Position numbers and translations under genes: made by a program
In this document: one piece after another, positions 33,737 to 43,800 of the stretch
How positions within the stretch are numbered: the first letter of the stretch is position 1
Layout: every line of letters begins with the position of its first letter
Notes under the pieces: generated by a model
What the model saw: only the letters and a program-made list of their open reading frames with translations
Told to the model about the DNA's origin: nothing
Database searches by the model: none
NCBI GenBank assembly: GCA_003221005.1
Contig: QHTZ01000071.1
Location: 16,443-80,442 of the forward strand
From: Gemmatimonadota bacterium
GTDB lineage: Bacteria; Gemmatimonadota; Gemmatimonadetes; Gemmatimonadales; GWC2-71-9
DNA length: 64,000 nt
Direction: 5' to 3'

Positions 33737-35937
33737 TCGGTGAGCAGGCCGAACAGGTTCTCGCTCGTGTTGCCCCCCGAGATCGAGTGCGTCTTGTTCG
33801 GATAGATGCGCATGTCGAACTGCTTATTCGCGAGCTCGAGCTTCTGCACCAGGCGGAGCGTGTTCTGGAAATGCACGTTGTCGTCTCCCGTGCCGTGGAC
33901 CACGAGGAAGCGACCCTTGAGTGAGTCGGCGTACGCCAGCGCCGAGCCCTCATCGTAGCCTTCGGGGTTCTCCGCCGGGGTGCGCATATAGCGCTCCGTG
34001 TAGATCGTGTCATAGAAGCGCCAGTCGGTCACGGGAGCGACGGCGATCCCAGCCCGGAACACGCCACCCCCCAGGAACAGCGACCGCGATGCCGTGTAGC
34101 CCCCGTAGCTCCACCCCCAGATGCCGATACGCGACGCGTCCACGTATGGGAGCGAGCCAAGGGAGCGCGCCGCGGCGATCTGGTCCGCGGATTCGAAGTG
34201 CCCGAGTCGCAGGTAGGTGAGCTTCCGGAAGCGCGCGCCACGCGCCCCGGTCCCGCGATTGTCGACGCTCGCGACGAGATAGCCCTCCTGGGCGAGCATC
34301 TGATACCACAGGTACGCCGCCCCACCCCACGCATCGAGGACCGTCTGCGAGCCGGGACCTCCGTACACGTACATCAGGAGCGGGTAGCGCTTGGCGGGGT
34401 CGAAGTCCCGCGGCTTGATGATCAGCGCGTTCAGCTCCACTCCATCCGGCGTGCGCAGCTTCAGGAACTCCGGCGGCTTGAGGCCCAGCGCCGCCACCTT
34501 CCCGGCGAGCTTGGCGTTGTCCGCGATCGACCGGATGAGGCTGCCGTCAGCGTTGTGCAGCCGCTCGACCACCGGCACGCCGACGCGCGAGTACAGGTCG
34601 ACGTAGAACCGTCGCGTGGGGTCGAACTCGGGGTTGTGCGAGCCGGGCTCGCGCGAGATCCGCGTCACGGCCTTGCCGTCGAGCCCGACGCGCAGCAGCG
34701 GCCGACTGAGCGGCCCGTCGATCGCCCCCGTGACGTACACGGCGCGCGCCTTTTCGTCGACGCCACGCACTTCGAGCACGTCCCAATCGCCCGGGGTAAG
34801 GCGCCGCACCAGCGCGCCCGACCGCGTGTAGAGGTACAGGTGCGTGTAGCCATCCCGCTCGCTCGCGAAGAGGAACTGCTTTCCCCCGTCGAACCAGACT
34901 GGCTGATGGGCGTCCACCCAGGCCGAGTCGCGGTCGGTCATGATCGTCCGGGACGCGCCGCTGCGGACATCCGACAGCAGCAGGTCCACCCGGTTCTGCG
35001 CCCGGTTCAGCCGGGTCAGCCAGATCTCGGTGGGTGAGTCGGCGAAGTCCATCGCGGCCACGTAGATGTCCCGGTCGGCACCCAGATCCACCCAGGCGGT
35101 GCGGCCGGTCGCGAGCTCCACGACGCCGATCCGTACCTCCGAGTTGGGCGTGCCGGCCTTGGGATAGTGGACCGGCACCAGCGTCGGGTAGAGCTGGTCG
35201 GCGTTAACGAGGTAATACGGCCGGACCGCCGTCTGGTCGAAGCGCCAGAAGGCGATGCGCTGGCCATCGGGACTCCAGCGAAAGGCGTCCCGCAGATCGA
35301 GCTCCTCTTCGTACACCCAGTCCGAGGTGCCGTTGATGACGTTGTCGCCGCCGTCAGTGGTGAGGGCCGTCTCGGCGCCGCTCGCGAGGTCGCTCACGAA
35401 GATGTTGTTGTCGCGGACGAAGGCGACCCGCTGCCCGTCGGGCGAGAGCTTCGCGAACATCTGGTAGCCGGATTTGCGGCTCATGGGGACGAGGCGCTTC
35501 CCTGCGAAGTCCCAGATGTAGTAGGTGCCCTTGGTATTCTGGCGCCACACCCGGACCGAGTTGGTGTAGATGAGCAGCTTCGCGCCGTCGCGGGAGAACT
35601 GGTAGCCGTCCACATCGATCGGGTCCCGGGCTCCGGGGGGCACCAGCTCGGCGCCGCGGACCAGGACCGTGCGCGCCCCGGAGACGGCGTCCACGCGGTA
35701 CAGATTGGTCTCGTCGCTCGAATCGGACTCGAGGTAGGTATACGCTGTCCCGTCCCGCATCCACTCGGTCTCTCTCAGGTCGTTCGCGAAGTCGCGGGAC
35801 CCGAAGATGGAGTGGACCGTCAGCGCGGGGCCCTGCCCCGGGAGCGAACGGGCGAGGAGAACGAGGACGGCGAGGTAGGCGAGGAGGGCGCGGCCTGCCG
35901 GTCGGCGCCCGAGCTCCGGGAAGCGCATGGTGGTCAC
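33715..35937 (-). CDS. Dipeptidyl-peptidase IV-like S9 family serine peptidase (secreted)
   Basis: Has a DPPIV N-terminal beta-propeller region and a catalytic domain with the nucleophile motif GWSYGGY, later Asp (HGTGDDNVH) and His (NKTHSI). A signal-like N-terminus is present. Confidence 0.9.
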   Translation of the reverse strand: MTTMRFPELGRRPAGRALLAYLAVLVLLARSLPGQGPALTVHSIFGSRDFANDLRETEWMRDGTAYTYLESDSSDETNLYRVDAVSGARTVLVRGAELVPPGARDPIDVDGYQFSRDGAKLLIYTNSVRVWRQNTKGTYYIWDFAGKRLVPMSRKSGYQMFAKLSPDGQRVAFVRDNNIFVSDLASGAETALTTDGGDNVINGTSDWVYEEELDLRDAFRWSPDGQRIAFWRFDQTAVRPYYLVNADQLYPTLVPVHYPKAGTPNSEVRIGVVELATGRTAWVDLGADRDIYVAAMDFADSPTEIWLTRLNRAQNRVDLLLSDVRSGASRTIMTDRDSAWVDAHQPVWFDGGKQFLFASERDGYTHLYLYTRSGALVRRLTPGDWDVLEVRGVDEKARAVYVTGAIDGPLSRPLLRVGLDGKAVTRISREPGSHNPEFDPTRRFYVDLYSRVGVPVVERLHNADGSLIRSIADNAKLAGKVAALGLKPPEFLKLRTPDGVELNALIIKPRDFDPAKRYPLLMYVYGGPGSQTVLDAWGGAAYLWYQMLAQEGYLVASVDNRGTGARGARFRKLTYLRLGHFESADQIAAARSLGSLPYVDASRIGIWGWSYGGYTASRSLFLGGGVFRAGIAVAPVTDWRFYDTIYTERYMRTPAENPEGYDEGSALAYADSLKGRFLVVHGTGDDNVHFQNTLRLVQKLELANKQFDMRIYPNKTHSISGGNTSENLFGLLTDWLKRNL

Positions 35938-36012
35938 CCAACCGATCCGTGGGGAGGGGGAGCCGGAAACTAACCCCCCACAACGGGTGGGGCGAAGGCC
36001 GGAGGCTGCCCC

Positions 36013-36042
36013 TTGACGGCGGTTGGAACAATCTGGTATATT
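36013..36042 (+). promoter_or_regulatory. Candidate strong sigma-70-type promoter TTGACG-N18-(TGg)TATATT
   Basis: The -35 is 36013-36018 and the extended -10 is TGgTATATT at 36034-36042. It lies in an unusually AT-rich patch about 220 nt upstream of gltB. Confidence 0.5.
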
Positions 36043-36049
36043 TATTCTG

Positions 36050-36237
36050 CAAGCTGCATATTCATGCGAGCCGATTCATACTTATGGTGGGCCCGATACC
36101 GTGAATAACCGGCTGCCGCAGAACCCCGTCACGAAGATTCCGGCTAGTCCCCACAGCGGGAGCGACCGGGCGGCGTAGGTGTGCAGGCAGCAGACAGAAT
36201 CCCCCGGCCCGCTCCCAACGGAGCGGGCCGTTTTTTT
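36050..36237 (+). ncRNA. Candidate about 190-nt cis-regulatory leader (attenuator or riboswitch-like) or sRNA upstream of gltB
   Basis: It is bounded by the promoter above and the intrinsic terminator below. GGGAGCG (36158-64) could compete with the terminator 3' arm for CGCTCCC (36210-16). I recognised no known Rfam family by eye. Confidence 0.4.
36205..36237 (+). terminator. Canonical intrinsic terminator (11-bp GC stem, 4-nt loop, T7)
   Basis: CGGCCCGCTCC-caac-GGAGCGGGCCG followed by TTTTTTT. It ends 24 nt before the gltB ATG. Confidence 0.75.
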
Positions 36238-36261
36238 GAGCGCTGACTAGAGGGAGCGGGC

Positions 36262-39200
36262 ATGGCGGACGACGCGGACCGGTCGCACCAGGCGAGCCAG
36301 GGCGCGCGCGGACTCGACCCCTGGCGGGAGCACGACGCCTGCGGCGTGGGTTTCGTGGCGCGGGCGTCGGGCGAGCCGTCCCACGGCGTGCTCACGCTGG
36401 CGCTGCAGGCCGTCGCCCGCGTGGCCCACCGCGGTGCCGCGGCCACCGACTCCTCGGGCGACGGCGCCGGCCTGCTCACGCAGATCCCCCACCGCCTCTT
36501 CTATGAGGAAGCGGCGCAGCTCGGGGTCGACCTCAAGCCCGGACAACCGTTCGCGCTGGGCGCGTTCTTCCTCCCCCGCGAGCCAGGCGCGCTGGCGCGC
36601 GCCACGGCGATCATCGAGGACGTGCTGCGGGAGGACGGTCTCCCCATCCTCGGCTGGCGGGAAGTGCCGGTCGACGCGGCCGTGCTCGGTGCCACGGCCC
36701 GCGCCACCTGCCCCACCCTGCGCCAGGCGCTGGTTGCCGCCCCTGCCGGCGGCGGCTGGCCCGACGAGGCCGCGTGGGAGCGGGCGCTGCATCTCGCTCG
36801 CCACACGATCGACGCCCGCGTCGCCGCGGCCGGCCCGGAGCTGACGCCGTTCTTCGTGTGCTCGCTCTCGTGCCGCACCGTCGTCTACAAGGCGCTGCTC
36901 ACGGGCACTCAGCTGCCGAACTTCTACCGCGACTTCCAGTCGCCCAGCTATCAGACGGCGATCGCGCTGTTTCACCAGCGCTACTCGACGAACACGCTGC
37001 CGAGCTGGCCGCTGGCGCAGCCGTTCCGGCTGTTGGCGCACAACGGCGAGATCAACACGCTGTGGGGGAACCGCAACGCCATGCAGGCGCGCGAGCCAGC
37101 GCTGGCCTCGCCTGTCTGGGGTGACGCGGTCGACCGCCTCAAGCCCGTGATCTGGACTGAGGGAAGCGACTCCACGAGCCTCGACAACGCGCTCGAGCTC
37201 CTGGTACGCTCCGGCCGGGACCCGGTCCACGCCATCATGATGTTGGTGCCGGAGGCACACGAGGGCGGGTCGGAAATCGACCCTTCGCTCCGCGGGTTCT
37301 ATGAGTTCCACGAGTGTCTGCTTGAGCCCTGGGACGGCCCTGCCGCGCTCGCCTTCACCGACGGGGTGATCGCCGGCTCGGCGCTCGACCGCAACGGGCT
37401 ACGCCCCTGCCGCTATAAGATCACGCGCGATGGGCTCGTGGTCGCGGGCTCCGAAGTCGGCCTAGTCGACCTCGACCCTCGCGAGGTCGTCGAGAGCGGT
37501 AGTCTCGGCCCGGGCGAGCTGCTGGTGGTGGACACGGGCCGCAAGGCGATCATGCACAACGCCGAAGCCAAGCGCGAGGTGGCGCAGCGGCGACCCTACG
37601 CCAGCTGGGCGGCGCGCAGCATCCGGTTGCTGCGCCCCACCGGCCAGGCCGCCGAGCCGGCGCTCGAAGGCGCCGCCCTGGTCGCCCGGCAGCGGGCGTT
37701 CGGCTACAGCTTCGAGGACCTGCGCTACGTGCTCGAGCCGATGGGCGGCGCGGGCCTGGACGCCGTGTGGAGCATGGGCGACGACACGCCGATTCCGCCG
37801 CTCGCGCGCATCGCCCCGACCTTTTACGCCTACTTCCGGCAGCGCTTCGCGCAGGTGACGAACCCGCCGATCGACCCGCTGCGCGAAGAGCTGGTCATGT
37901 CGCTGCGCATGCACCTCGGCCGGCGTAGCTCGCTCCTCCTCGACCGGTCCGCCGGGTTGCGGCTGGTGCGCATCGACCATCCCGTGCTGCTAGAGGAGGA
38001 GATGGCTGCGCTGCAGAACGTGGCTGGCGTGCCCGCGACCACCCTTCCCGCGACCTGGCAGGCGACCGCTGAACCCGACGCACTTCGCACCGCGCTCGAC
38101 CAGCTCGCGCGCACGGCGGCCCGCGCGGTCCGCCAGGGGACGCGCATCGTCGTCGTGAGCGACCGTGCAGCCGACCGGGACCACCCGGCGATCCCGATGC
38201 TGCTCGCCATCGGCGCCGTGCATCAGCACCTGCTCCGCGAGGGCCTGCGCACGCGCGCCAGCCTCGTGGCGGAGGCGGGTGATTCCTGGGACGTGCACCA
38301 CTGCGCCGCGCTGATCGGCTACGGGGCGGAGGCGGTGCACCCGTGGCTCGCGCTCGAGTCGGTCCAGGCGCTGTTTGCGGAGGAGGAGCGGGGCAAGCCG
38401 ACCGACGCACCCCGTCCCACACCGCGCGAGGCCCGGCTCAAGTTTCGCGCGGCGGCGGAAAAGGGCCTGCTCAAGGTGCTGTCCAAGATGGGTATCTCGG
38501 CGCTCTCGTCGTACTGCGGCGCCCAGATCTTCGAAGCGCTGGGGCTCGGAGCGGAGGTGATCGACCGCTGCTTCACGGGCACCGTGTCCATCATCGGCGG
38601 AATCGGTTTTGCGGAGATCGCCGAAGACGTGCTGGCGCGGCACCGCGCCGCCTACCCGGCGGAGGCGGCGCAGGCCGGGCTGCCGGACTTCGGCCGCGTG
38701 CGCTTCCGGAAAGAGGGCGAAGATCACGCCTGGTCGCCCCCGATCGTCAAGGCGTTGCAGCGCGCGATCGGCGACGGCGCCACGGGCGGGGACGGCTACG
38801 CGGACTTCCTGTCGCGGCTCACGGCGCGCGCGCCGGCGAGCCCTCGCGACCTGCTCACCATGCGGTCGCGCGGGCCGATCCCACTCGAGGAGGTCGAGCC
38901 CGCCGAGGCCATCCGCACGCGGTTCATCACGACGGCGATGTCGCTCGGCGCGTTGTCACCCGAGGCGCACCGCACGCTCGCGATCGGGATGAACCGCATG
39001 GGCGCACGGTCCAACTGTGGCGAGGGCGGCGAAGATCCGGATACCTACGCTCCGCTGCCGAACGGCGACCGCGCGGACAACAAGATCAAGCAGGTCGCGT
39101 CGGGACGGTTCGGCGTGACGACACGGTATCTCATGCGCGCCGAGGAGCTCGAGATCAAGATGGCGCAGGGATCGAAGCCCGGCGAAGGGGGCCAGCTCCC

Positions 39201-40860
39201 CGGTCACAAGGTGACGGCGCTGATCGCCCGGCTGCGGCATTCCGTGCCCGGGGTGCCGCTGATCTCGCCGGCGCCGCACCACGACATCTATTCGATCGAG
39301 GACCTCGCGCAGCTGATCCACGATCTGAAGCAGGTGAACCCGAGGGCGCGCGTGGGCGTGAAGCTCGTCACGGAGGCGGGCGTGGGGACCGTGGCGGCGG
39401 GCGTCGCCAAGGCCTACGCCGACTACGTGCTCATCTCCGGGCACAACGGGGGCACGGGAGCATCGCCCCTGTCGTCCATCAAGCACGCCGGCTCTCCCTG
39501 GGAGCTCGGCCTCGCGGAGACGCAGGCCCGGCTGATCGCCAACGGCCTGCGCCACCGCATCGAGGTGCGCGTGGACGGGGGCCTGCGCACCGGCCGCGAC
39601 GTCGTGATCGCCGCGCTGCTCGGCGCGGAGGCGTACGGCTTTGGGACCGCCTCACTCGTCTCCATCGGGTGCGACATGGCCCGGCAGTGCCACTTGAATA
39701 GCTGTCCCACCGGGATCGCGACACAGAAGCCCGAGCTGCGGGCGAAGTTCACCGGCACGCCGGACCAGGTGGTCGGCTACTTCACTTGGATGGCGGAAGA
39801 GGTGCGGCGCATCCTCGCCGAGCTCGGCTTCCACAGCCTGGACGAGGTCATCGGCCGGGTGGACCTGCTCGAGCGCGTCGACCACCCCGAGATGCCGCGC
39901 GCCCAGATGCTGGACCTGTCGGCCGTGCTGGCGAACCCGCTCGCCGGGGTCCCGGTCCTAGCCGACCCGCTGGGCGGGCGGGACGCACCGCGGCGGCGCA
40001 CCGTGGCGCGGAACGATCGCCCCGGGGTCGAGTCGCTCGACGAGGAAATCCTGAGCGTGCTCGAGCCGCGCCTCGACAGCGGCCGGCCGTTCGCCGGCGT
40101 GTACGACATCGGCAACCACCACCTGACCGTCGGCGCGCGCGTCGCCGGACGCATCGTGGATCGCGGCGGCGACGCCCTCCCCGTCGGGCACGTGCGGTTG
40201 CGCTTCCGCGGCAGCGCCGGCCAGAGCTTCGGTGCGTTCGCCGTCCCGGCGATGCACCTCGAGCTCGAAGGGGAGGCGAACGACTACGTGGGCAAGGGCT
40301 TGTCGGGGGGCGAGGTCGTGATCCGGCCGTTCCGCGAGGCGGCCTACGCCGGCGCCACCCACCGCCACGTGATCCTCGGCAACACGACGCTGTACGGTGC
40401 TACCAGCGGGAAGCTATTCGCGGCGGGCCGCGCCGGCGACCGGTTCGCCGTGCGGAACTCGGGCGCCGTCGCCGTCATCGAGGGCGCGGGAAACCACTGC
40501 TGCGAGTACATGACGTCGGGCGTCGTCGTGGTGCTGGGACAGGTGGGGCGTAACTTCGGCGCCGGCATGTCGAATGGCCTCGCCTACGTGCTCGACGAGG
40601 CGGGGACGTTCGCCTCGCGCTGCAACTTCGACATGGTGGACGCGCGGCCCCTCGACGAGGCGGACGCGGACGTGGTGCGCGCCCTCGTGCGGGAGCACCT
40701 GGACAAGACCGGCAGCCCCCGGGCGGCGGCCGTGCTCGAGGACTGGGAGAGGTTCCGCCCCCTCTTCCAGAAGGTCGTGCCGCACACCGCACCCGCGCCT
40801 GCCCCGGCGGCGCCGCCGCCTGCTCCGACCGAAATCCCGACCGAGCGCGTGCGGCCTTAG
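36262..40860 (+). CDS. gltB: Glutamate synthase large subunit
   Basis: 1532 aa. Has the Ntn amidotransferase Cys context (HDACGVGFV), the FMN/Fe-S central domain (GEGGEDP; MAQGSKPGEGGQLPG) and the C-terminal GXGXG beta-helix domain. GAGGGAG lies upstream. Confidence 0.95.
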   Translation: MADDADRSHQASQGARGLDPWREHDACGVGFVARASGEPSHGVLTLALQAVARVAHRGAAATDSSGDGAGLLTQIPHRLFYEEAAQLGVDLKPGQPFALGAFFLPREPGALARATAIIEDVLREDGLPILGWREVPVDAAVLGATARATCPTLRQALVAAPAGGGWPDEAAWERALHLARHTIDARVAAAGPELTPFFVCSLSCRTVVYKALLTGTQLPNFYRDFQSPSYQTAIALFHQRYSTNTLPSWPLAQPFRLLAHNGEINTLWGNRNAMQAREPALASPVWGDAVDRLKPVIWTEGSDSTSLDNALELLVRSGRDPVHAIMMLVPEAHEGGSEIDPSLRGFYEFHECLLEPWDGPAALAFTDGVIAGSALDRNGLRPCRYKITRDGLVVAGSEVGLVDLDPREVVESGSLGPGELLVVDTGRKAIMHNAEAKREVAQRRPYASWAARSIRLLRPTGQAAEPALEGAALVARQRAFGYSFEDLRYVLEPMGGAGLDAVWSMGDDTPIPPLARIAPTFYAYFRQRFAQVTNPPIDPLREELVMSLRMHLGRRSSLLLDRSAGLRLVRIDHPVLLEEEMAALQNVAGVPATTLPATWQATAEPDALRTALDQLARTAARAVRQGTRIVVVSDRAADRDHPAIPMLLAIGAVHQHLLREGLRTRASLVAEAGDSWDVHHCAALIGYGAEAVHPWLALESVQALFAEEERGKPTDAPRPTPREARLKFRAAAEKGLLKVLSKMGISALSSYCGAQIFEALGLGAEVIDRCFTGTVSIIGGIGFAEIAEDVLARHRAAYPAEAAQAGLPDFGRVRFRKEGEDHAWSPPIVKALQRAIGDGATGGDGYADFLSRLTARAPASPRDLLTMRSRGPIPLEEVEPAEAIRTRFITTAMSLGALSPEAHRTLAIGMNRMGARSNCGEGGEDPDTYAPLPNGDRADNKIKQVASGRFGVTTRYLMRAEELEIKMAQGSKPGEGGQLPGHKVTALIARLRHSVPGVPLISPAPHHDIYSIEDLAQLIHDLKQVNPRARVGVKLVTEAGVGTVAAGVAKAYADYVLISGHNGGTGASPLSSIKHAGSPWELGLAETQARLIANGLRHRIEVRVDGGLRTGRDVVIAALLGAEAYGFGTASLVSIGCDMARQCHLNSCPTGIATQKPELRAKFTGTPDQVVGYFTWMAEEVRRILAELGFHSLDEVIGRVDLLERVDHPEMPRAQMLDLSAVLANPLAGVPVLADPLGGRDAPRRRTVARNDRPGVESLDEEILSVLEPRLDSGRPFAGVYDIGNHHLTVGARVAGRIVDRGGDALPVGHVRLRFRGSAGQSFGAFAVPAMHLELEGEANDYVGKGLSGGEVVIRPFREAAYAGATHRHVILGNTTLYGATSGKLFAAGRAGDRFAVRNSGAVAVIEGAGNHCCEYMTSGVVVVLGQVGRNFGAGMSNGLAYVLDEAGTFASRCNFDMVDARPLDEADADVVRALVREHLDKTGSPRAAAVLEDWERFRPLFQKVVPHTAPAPAPAAPPPAPTEIPTERVRP

Positions 40861-43800
40861 TCCACCGCCACGGCGCGCATCTGCACCGGATCGCCTCCCA
40901 CGAGCGTCGGTGCGTGGTGCTCGACCGCGATCCTGTTGAACGCCACGACGTCCGTCCGCAGCAGGGCGTTGAACTTCGCAAGATGACCGTCCAGCTCGCC
41001 CTTCAGGCGCTGCAGCTCGGCGGCCACGACCTCGGACGGCGGCTGCGCGTACGCCTGCGACAGCCCAAAGCTCATACGCTCGAGCCGTTCCCCGAAGCGT
41101 GTCAGGTAATGGATGTCGTCTTCAGGGGCATCCCGCTGGACGTCGGAGTTGTAGAGGCTGTCTTTTAGCTCCTTGAGCTTTCTGCCGAGCGCGTCCGCCT
41201 GCTGGAGCACCGGGCGGTATTCCACGCTGTCAGCCGCGCCCACACCGCTACCCCGAAGCGTCTGACGCAGGTGCTGGAGCTGATCCTGCAGCCCGCTCAT
41301 GCGGTTCAGCGCCACATGCAGCGCCGACACGGCGTTCCGCAGCTCGAGCCCCGCGCGGGTCTGGGCCACGAAGGCTGCGGCAGCCGCGGGGATCCGCGGA
41401 TCGGGCTCGACCGTCACAGCGCGAGTCTCCGTCTTGCCTGCCACGGTCACGGCGACGGTGTACGTCCCCGGCACCACGCGGGGACCGACCATAGTGCGGA
41501 ACGGATTCTCCTCCTCCTCCTCCTGCAGCTTCTCGAAGGTGAGGCGCTCCGGCGCCTCGTAGCGCAGGTTCCATACATGACGATTGAAGCCCTGCTTCGA
41601 AGGCCCGTAAGCCGTGGTCACCGTGTCGCCGTGACTGTCTGTGACCGAGATCTTGACGGGCGTCTGGCGCTGCTTCTTCTGCTCCTCGCTGGGCTTGAGC
41701 TCGGAGCGGAGGTAGTAATCGATCATCGCTCCCTGCGGCGCGTTGGGCACCGTGAAGCGCGACGCGGCCGCGCCCTCGCGGCGCGGGCGCACGCGGATCC
41801 GCGCCGGTAGCGTGCCGAACAAATGCAAGTCGCCCGCGGCGACCTGGGGAGTGAATTCCTCGAGCGGCGTGATGTTGTCGAGCACGAACAGTCCGCGGCC
41901 GTGCGTCGCAATCACCAGATCGTGCTTCCGCGCCACGAACTGCACGTCCCACACGGGAGCCGTGGGGAAGCTGCCCCTGATCTGTTTCCAGGTGGCGCCG
42001 TCGTCGCGCGAGTAGAACAGCCCTGCGTCGGTGCCGAGGACGAGGAAACCGCGCTGGTTCGGATCCTCCCGGATCACCCGCGCCGGATCAGACGTGGGCA
42101 GGCCGCGCGACAGGTCGACCCAGGTCTGCCCGTAGTTGGTGGTCCGGAAGACATATGGGCGGTTGTCGTCGAACTCGTGGTAGTCCACCGCGAGGTAGGC
42201 GGTGCCCGCGTCGAACGGTGAGACGCCGATCTGGTTGATGCGCCCGCCCTCCCCCCTGGGCAACCCGGGGATGCGCGCGCCGACGTTGGTCCACGTCTTC
42301 CCGCCGTCCCGCGTGACCTGCACGTTGCCGTCGTCGGTCCCCACCCAGAGGACGTTGGTGTCGGTGGGAGCGACGTTGATCGTGAGGATCGTGTTGTAGG
42401 TCTCGGCGCCCGAGATGTCGTATTCGATCGGCCCGCCGCTCGTCACCTGCTTGGTCTTGTCGTTCTTCGTGAGGTCGGGGCTGATCGGCGCCCAGTGCTG
42501 CCCGCCATCCGTCGTCTTGAAGACCACATTCGCGCCGAGGAACACCTCGTCGGCGTTCGTGGCCGAAACGGCGATCGGCGACGTCCAGTTGAAGCGGTAC
42601 TGGAGGTCGGCGGGCTTCGCGTCGTCCACGGTCCCAAGGTACGGCCGAATGAACCGCGTGACACCGGTCCGGAGGTCGAGGCGGCTGACGAAGCCGTTCT
42701 GCGAGTCCACGTAGATGATCGTCGAGTCGCTCGGCGCCGGGACCGCGTACTCTCCGTCGCCTCCCGTGACGGTGAACCACTCCGCGCCGCTCTGTCCGCC
42801 GGGCCCGATGTTGCTCGACGGGCCGCACCAGGCGTTGTTGTCCTGGAGGCCGCCGCACAGCTTGTAGGGGTCGTTCGCGTCGGCCGCCACCATGTAGAAC
42901 TGACCGATCGGCAGGTTGTTGAGGAAGCGCCACGTCTTGCCACCGGTGGTGGTCACGTACGCGCCGCCGTCGTTCCCCTGGATCATGCGGTCGGGGTTCT
43001 GCGGATCGATCCACAGGGCGTGGTGGTCCACGTGGACCCCACGATCGATGTAGCGCGACGTCTTGCCGCCGTCATCGGACTGGCGCAGCTCGTAGGACGA
43101 GAAGAACACCTTACGGTCGTCCACGGGGGAGACCGTGATCAGCGAGAAGTAGAACGGCCGGATGTTGAGGCCGTGGTAGTCGCTGACCTTGGTCCAGTGA
43201 TCCCCCATGTCGCGCGAGTCCCAGAGCATCCCCTGCTTCGCCTCGACCAGCGCGTACACGTGCGTGGGGTTGCTCGCGCCGATGCCGAGGGCGATCCGGC
43301 CGTACGGGCCGTCGGGCAGGCCCTCCTTGAGCTTCGTCCAGGTCATGCCGCCGTCGGTCGACCGGTAGATGCCGCTCCCCGGCCCGCCGCTGACGAGCTG
43401 CCAGGGGTGCCGCTGCACCTGCCACATCGCCGCGAACAGCACCTCGGGATTCCCTGGCTGCATGACGAGGTCAGCGCACCCCGTGGTGTCGTTCACGAAC
43501 AGGACCTTCTGCCACGTCTTGCCGCCGTCGCCGGTGCGGTACACGCCGCGGTCGGGGCCGGGGGTCCAGGCATGGCCCACGGCCGCCACGAACACGACGT
43601 CGGGGTTCGCGGGGTCGATGACGATGCGCGAGATCTGCCCCACGTCGGCGAGCCCCGCGAATTTCCAGCTCTTCCCCGCATCCGGTGAGTAGTAGACGCC
43701 GTGCCCGTTGATGATGTCGTTGCGGATGTTGCCCTCGCCCGTGCCGACCCACACGACGTTGGGGTTCGAGGACGCCAGAGCGACGGCGCCGATCGAGGCG

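Noticed and set aside
36034-36051. A sigma-54-like element TGGTAT-N-TTCTGCA upstream of gltB.
   Set aside because: The GG and GC dinucleotides are 12 nt apart rather than the required 10. The same bases fit an extended -10 sigma-70 promoter much better.
36064-36108. A 14-codon upstream ORF (MRADSYLWWARYRE) in the gltB leader, as a possible leader peptide.
   Set aside because: It has no Shine-Dalgarno sequence and would lie about 15 nt from the predicted start site. Its amino-acid content has no obvious link to glutamate or glutamine. I kept it only as a note within the leader finding.
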